A DNA stretch of 62,609 nt, the filler included, from Deltaproteobacteria bacterium (GTDB lineage Bacteria; JAEEML01), in NCBI GenBank assembly GCA_016283195.1. It is 4 parts of 4 records of this genome, joined end to end, with 100 filler letters (N's around TTAATTAATTAA, not from the genome) between each part and the next. Parts side by side here need not be neighbours in the genome. Positions count along the whole stretch, not along the records: positions 34,660 to 62,609 come from JAEEML010000125.1; 3 more parts are not named here. One strand, written 5' to 3'. Numbering within the stretch: the first letter of the stretch is position 1; each line of letters opens with the position of its first letter. The notes below the pieces were generated by a model that saw only the letters and a list, made by a program, of their open reading frames with translations, was not told where the DNA came from and made no database searches. A program made the translations under genes and the position numbers. Shown here in pieces: positions 59,076 through 62,609 of the stretch.

Positions 59076-60077
59076 GTGCCCAACCAAATATTCTGTCGTC
59101 GAATTAAATTTTTTAGCCTCGCACTTGCTGTTTTCACCTGTGGGGCCGGCTGTGAATCCAAAGAAATTGCCGCTCGCAACGAAATCGCCCGCGAACGCAT
59201 TTGGAAGGGCGAAAAATCGCATGTGGTGCGCTACCCATGGCAGGAAAAACTGGAAGCCGATACTCTTAACAATAATCCTAAGCAGCTAAAGCGCGTGCTC
59301 TCCATGAGTATCGAAGAGCTGGCTCACCGCCTGCCCTCTTTTTCCGCTAGTGCCGACTTAAATATGCTCTTTAACCGCGCCACCCGCCGCTATACTCAGG
59401 AGTCGCAAATGACTCTTAAAGTCGATAGCAGCGCAAATTTCCACTTTATGCAAGGCAGCGGCTTTGACGGCCAAAAATTCCGCGATGATGTGGAATATAT
59501 TTTAAAAGACGATACTCTTTATGTGCGTTATGTAAATGGGCCTTTTCGCCTTAAAGAAGCCTTAAATCAACCGGTTGATAATCTGCGTGAACTATATGCC
59601 AAATCTATATGGGAGAGCTTTGAACCTTGGCTTAAATTTCTAAAACTGGCCGCGCCGGAGCTCATAACCGCAAGCGGGCGCACAGCTTATCGTTATAATA
59701 TTTCCTTGCAAATTCCCGAAAATGCGGCCAAACCGCTAGTCGATGACAGCAATACCGATTTAGCTTCCTGGCACGAAAAATCTTGGCCAACAGATATTAA
59801 AGGCTTTATTACCATTGACAGCGAAACTGCCGCCCTACTGGCCGCTACACTGGAAATAAAGGCCGATATTATGGATAAAAAGCCGCAGCCCACCATCATG
59901 CAATATGCCATGCATCATAAGCTGACAGATATTCTAAAAACCTCTGCCATAGAAGCACCGGAAAAAGCCATAGAAGAATACACTATTATTAAAAATTTCC
60001 GTGGTGGCAAATACCGCCGCCAGGACGAAATGCCTGAAAAGGATGAAAACAGTCCAAAGCGAGATAACGATGATTGA
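59076..60077 (+). CDS. Hypothetical lipoprotein
   Basis: AGGAGG RBS; signal peptide ending GAGC. Confidence 0.65.
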   Translation: MPNQIFCRRIKFFSLALAVFTCGAGCESKEIAARNEIARERIWKGEKSHVVRYPWQEKLEADTLNNNPKQLKRVLSMSIEELAHRLPSFSASADLNMLFNRATRRYTQESQMTLKVDSSANFHFMQGSGFDGQKFRDDVEYILKDDTLYVRYVNGPFRLKEALNQPVDNLRELYAKSIWESFEPWLKFLKLAAPELITASGRTAYRYNISLQIPENAAKPLVDDSNTDLASWHEKSWPTDIKGFITIDSETAALLAATLEIKADIMDKKPQPTIMQYAMHHKLTDILKTSAIEAPEKAIEEYTIIKNFRGGKYRRQDEMPEKDENSPKRDNDD

Positions 60078-60513
60078 AGAAGAAAAAAAAGTTGCAAGCG
60101 CTGAGGAGCCAGTAAAAAGGCGGCGCCCAAAAAAGAAAAAAGTAGTTTCCGCCATAAGTAGCCTGGATATGGCCATTAAAGCTGCCGGCCTGGCCGAAGA
60201 AAAGCTCGGTGACGATATTTTGCTGCTGGATGTGGCCGAAATTACCAGTTACACCAGCTATGTATTGCTGATAAGTGCCAAAAACAGCCGCCTAGCTGCT
60301 AGCCTTAGCAACTATCTGGAGGATCTTTTTGCCACTGAATTCGGGCAAAGGCCACTGAGCCGCGAGGGGCTCCCAGGTACCGGTTGGATGCTCCTGGATT
60401 TTGGTGATATTATCATTCATGTTTTTACCCCGGAAGAGCGGGCGCGTTATGATCTGGAAGGTTTTTGGCCAGATGCCAAACGCATAACCACCCACACTAC
60501 TGCTACAAAATAA
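60070..60513 (+). CDS. rsfS: Ribosome silencing factor
   Basis: DILLLDV and WMLLDFGDIIIHVF...RARYDLEGFW motifs. Confidence 0.92.
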   Translation: MIEEEKKVASAEEPVKRRRPKKKKVVSAISSLDMAIKAAGLAEEKLGDDILLLDVAEITSYTSYVLLISAKNSRLAASLSNYLEDLFATEFGQRPLSREGLPGTGWMLLDFGDIIIHVFTPEERARYDLEGFWPDAKRITTHTTATK

Positions 60514-60516
60514 TCT

Positions 60517-60966
60517 ATGGCCCGCTACCATATCGTAAGTGTGCTGAAAAGAGCCAAAAACGACCCGCTACTACTAGCCGCCGATGATTATATAAAGAGG
60601 CTGAATCACTATCGCCAGAGCCAGTTTCATGTGGTAAAACCATCTAATATTAAAGATGAAGAAGAAAATATTTTAGCTATTCTTCCGCCCAAGGGGCTTT
60701 TGGTGGCGCTCGATGAACGGGGCCAGGAGCTCACCTCTTTAGCTTTAAGCCAAAAGTGCGCGCAGTGGGAACTTAGCGGCTATAATGATTTAACTTTTGT
60801 CATCGGCGGGGCTTTTGGCCTGGGTAAAGAAATAATCGCCAAAGCGCATTTTACTTGGTCGCTCGGCAAGTTGACTCTGCCCCACCGCCTGGCGCTCGTT
60901 ACTTTAAGCGAGCAGCTCTATAGAGCACAAACTATTTTGCGTAACGAGCCCTATCATCACGAATAG
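60517..60966 (+). CDS. rlmH: 23S rRNA (pseudouridine1915-N3)-methyltransferase
   Basis: LDERG, FVIGGAFG, LTLPH, EQLYRA and PYHHE motifs. Confidence 0.95.
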   Translation: MARYHIVSVLKRAKNDPLLLAADDYIKRLNHYRQSQFHVVKPSNIKDEEENILAILPPKGLLVALDERGQELTSLALSQKCAQWELSGYNDLTFVIGGAFGLGKEIIAKAHFTWSLGKLTLPHRLALVTLSEQLYRAQTILRNEPYHHE

Positions 60967-60993
60967 CGAATTTAAGGCGGCCAGTGCGGAAAT

Positions 60994-61710
60994 TTATTTA
61001 TTTTTTAAAATTTCTTCCAGAGCCGGTGGCAGAGCGGCATCGAGCGGCAAGCCCAGATTCTTGCGAATCATCGCATTGAGTTCGCGGCCGGCAGGCTGAT
61101 TAAAATCATTTTGCATTTTAAATATCTTGCCATCGGCCCCAATAAGGGTAACTTTCGGCATATCATCCACTTTATAGCGGCTCTTGGCAATGCCATGCCT
61201 ATCCCAAAGCAGCGGGAAAGCATATTTTTTCTTTTCGGCTAAACTAGTAAATACCGCCACTTTAGTGAGGTCTTTATCAGCTAAAATAATTAGGAGCTCA
61301 AAACCTTTTTCATGATAGCTCGCATAAAGAGCCGTTAAAAGTTTTAAACTTTTAAGGGTATCCGAATTTTTTACGGGCCCCTTGGGGGCAGCCGGCTGAG
61401 CATCACTTACAGCATCTTGTGTATTTTCGCCGCTGGCCGCCTCCGGGGCAGTTAGTAGCTCAAATTCTTTAAAAGTTTGCGGATCACTGGCACTCAAAAA
61501 AGCTATGGCGAGAACTTTAAAAGCGCCCTCTTTATCCAAATAAGATTCATAAAGAGAGAGAGTTTGATTGGCTTTCTTACCAGCAAATTGCAATGTAAAA
61601 TCAGGAGCTTTTACTCCTTCTGCCGCTGTCTCTGCCGCTCTGAGCTGAGACGCTACATAAAAGGAGACTAATTCCAGCAAGAGAAAAGTTAGAAGAAATT
61701 TTTTGCGCAT
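60994..61710 (-). CDS. Redoxin/TlpA-like thioredoxin-fold protein lacking Cys
   Basis: KAPDFTL, YHEKGFEL, FPLLWD and YKVDDMP.VTLIGADGKI motifs; the protein contains no cysteine. Confidence 0.7.
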   Translation of the reverse strand: MRKKFLLTFLLLELVSFYVASQLRAAETAAEGVKAPDFTLQFAGKKANQTLSLYESYLDKEGAFKVLAIAFLSASDPQTFKEFELLTAPEAASGENTQDAVSDAQPAAPKGPVKNSDTLKSLKLLTALYASYHEKGFELLIILADKDLTKVAVFTSLAEKKKYAFPLLWDRHGIAKSRYKVDDMPKVTLIGADGKIFKMQNDFNQPAGRELNAMIRKNLGLPLDAALPPALEEILKNK

Positions 61711-61866
61711 TTATAAACACTCCGCCCCAAAAAACAGTACAAATAAAGCGCCTTAGAAAGAACTTGTCAACTGTGGAAGGTGGTTTTCCCGCCAATAAAC
61801 TATTGCTTTTACGCCCCAAAGTGGCCATCATGCCTAGCGGCTATTTAGCCCTTTGGGAGGCCTATT

Positions 61867-62609
61867 TTGAGTAGCGATACACCAAAAACCACCAGCAGCT
61901 GGCAGCGCGTGCGCCACATCACCGCTGTTATTGCCAAACACGGATTACACCAGGTTTTAGAGAAAGCCGGCGGGAAAAAAAGTAGCGGCGAGGAGGTGAC
62001 CTTCGGCCAGAGAGAAAAGCTCTCCACCTCTTATGCCGAGCGTTTTCGCCTGCTTTTGGAAGACCTTGGCACAACTTTTATAAAATTCGGCCAGATTCTC
62101 TCTACTCGCCCCGATTTGCTCTCGCCTGACGTCATCAGCGAGCTCTCCAAATTGCAGGACCAATGTCCACCGATGAGTAAGGAAGATACCGAGGCGCAGC
62201 TGGCAAAAGCCTATAAGAAGCCGCTGGAGGAGATTTTCAGCGAATTTGACATGACGCCCATTGCCTCGGCCTCCATCTCCCAGGTGCATAAAGCCCGCTT
62301 AAAAAACGGCGATTTGGTGGCGGTAAAAATTCAGCGCCCGGAGCTTTTAAACGAAGTACGGGCCGATATTGATATTCTCTATTATCTCGCCCGCCTTTTG
62401 GAAGCCATTGTGGAAGCCAGCGGCTTTACCGCTCCGCGCAGCCTGGTTAAAGAGTTTGAAGATTCGCTTTTAAAGGAGCTGGATTTTCGCCGCGAAGTGG
62501 CCACTATAAAGCGCTTTTACGAAAATGCCATCGGCCGCGAAGGGGTGGTGATTCCCCAGGTTTATGATGACCTCTGCCGCGATGATGTCATTGTGATGGA
62601 ATTTATTGA
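61867..62609 (+). CDS. ABC1/UbiB/AarF family atypical kinase, runs off the window end
   Basis: Manual translation from TTG after GGAGG gives LGTTFIKFGQILSTRPDLL, ASASISQVH, VAVKIQRP and ELDF. Confidence 0.92.
   Translation, partial: MSSDTPKTTSSWQRVRHITAVIAKHGLHQVLEKAGGKKSSGEEVTFGQREKLSTSYAERFRLLLEDLGTTFIKFGQILSTRPDLLSPDVISELSKLQDQCPPMSKEDTEAQLAKAYKKPLEEIFSEFDMTPIASASISQVHKARLKNGDLVAVKIQRPELLNEVRADIDILYYLARLLEAIVEASGFTAPRSLVKEFEDSLLKELDFRREVATIKRFYENAIGREGVVIPQVYDDLCRDDVIVMEFI

Overview
This window is a pseudo-scaffold of four contigs (1-11301, 11402-31402, 31503-34559, 34660-62609) joined by artificial N/TTAATTAATTAA/N linkers. It probably comes from an uncultured Myxococcota-like deltaproteobacterium, judged from a MYXO-CTERM-like tail, an MXAN_5187-like C-terminal domain and Cys-rich 'CDDGN' repeats. 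Most genes are housekeeping or transport: ahcY, nagZ, rpsL-rpsG-fusA-tuf, trpS, ribF, thiD, a TatT/TRAP transporter, rlmD, rsfS, rlmH and two NTT-type nucleotide transporters. The most interesting signal is a candidate RT/ncRNA/surface-protein system. A stand-alone group-II-like reverse transcriptase (44468-45808, YGDD) directly abuts a 693-aa polytopic membrane protein gene. These are followed by a 1454-aa Cys-rich lipoprotein and a ~140-nt structured non-coding element (37755-37894). A second, diverged copy of the promoter + leader + Cys-rich lipoprotein + ncRNA unit lies on another contig (11662-14181). Comparing the two RNA copies shows a closing stem, two covarying hairpins, G-U pairs that fix the minus strand, a sigma70-like promoter and a U-tail. 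A functional link between the RT and this RNA is inference only. Other oddities: a divergent EF-Tu switch I region, a degenerate nuoA/CD/H trio, a poly-A promoter spacer, an orphan antitoxin and an IR-flanked AT-rich Mrr cassette. All analysis was done by eye; no searches were run.
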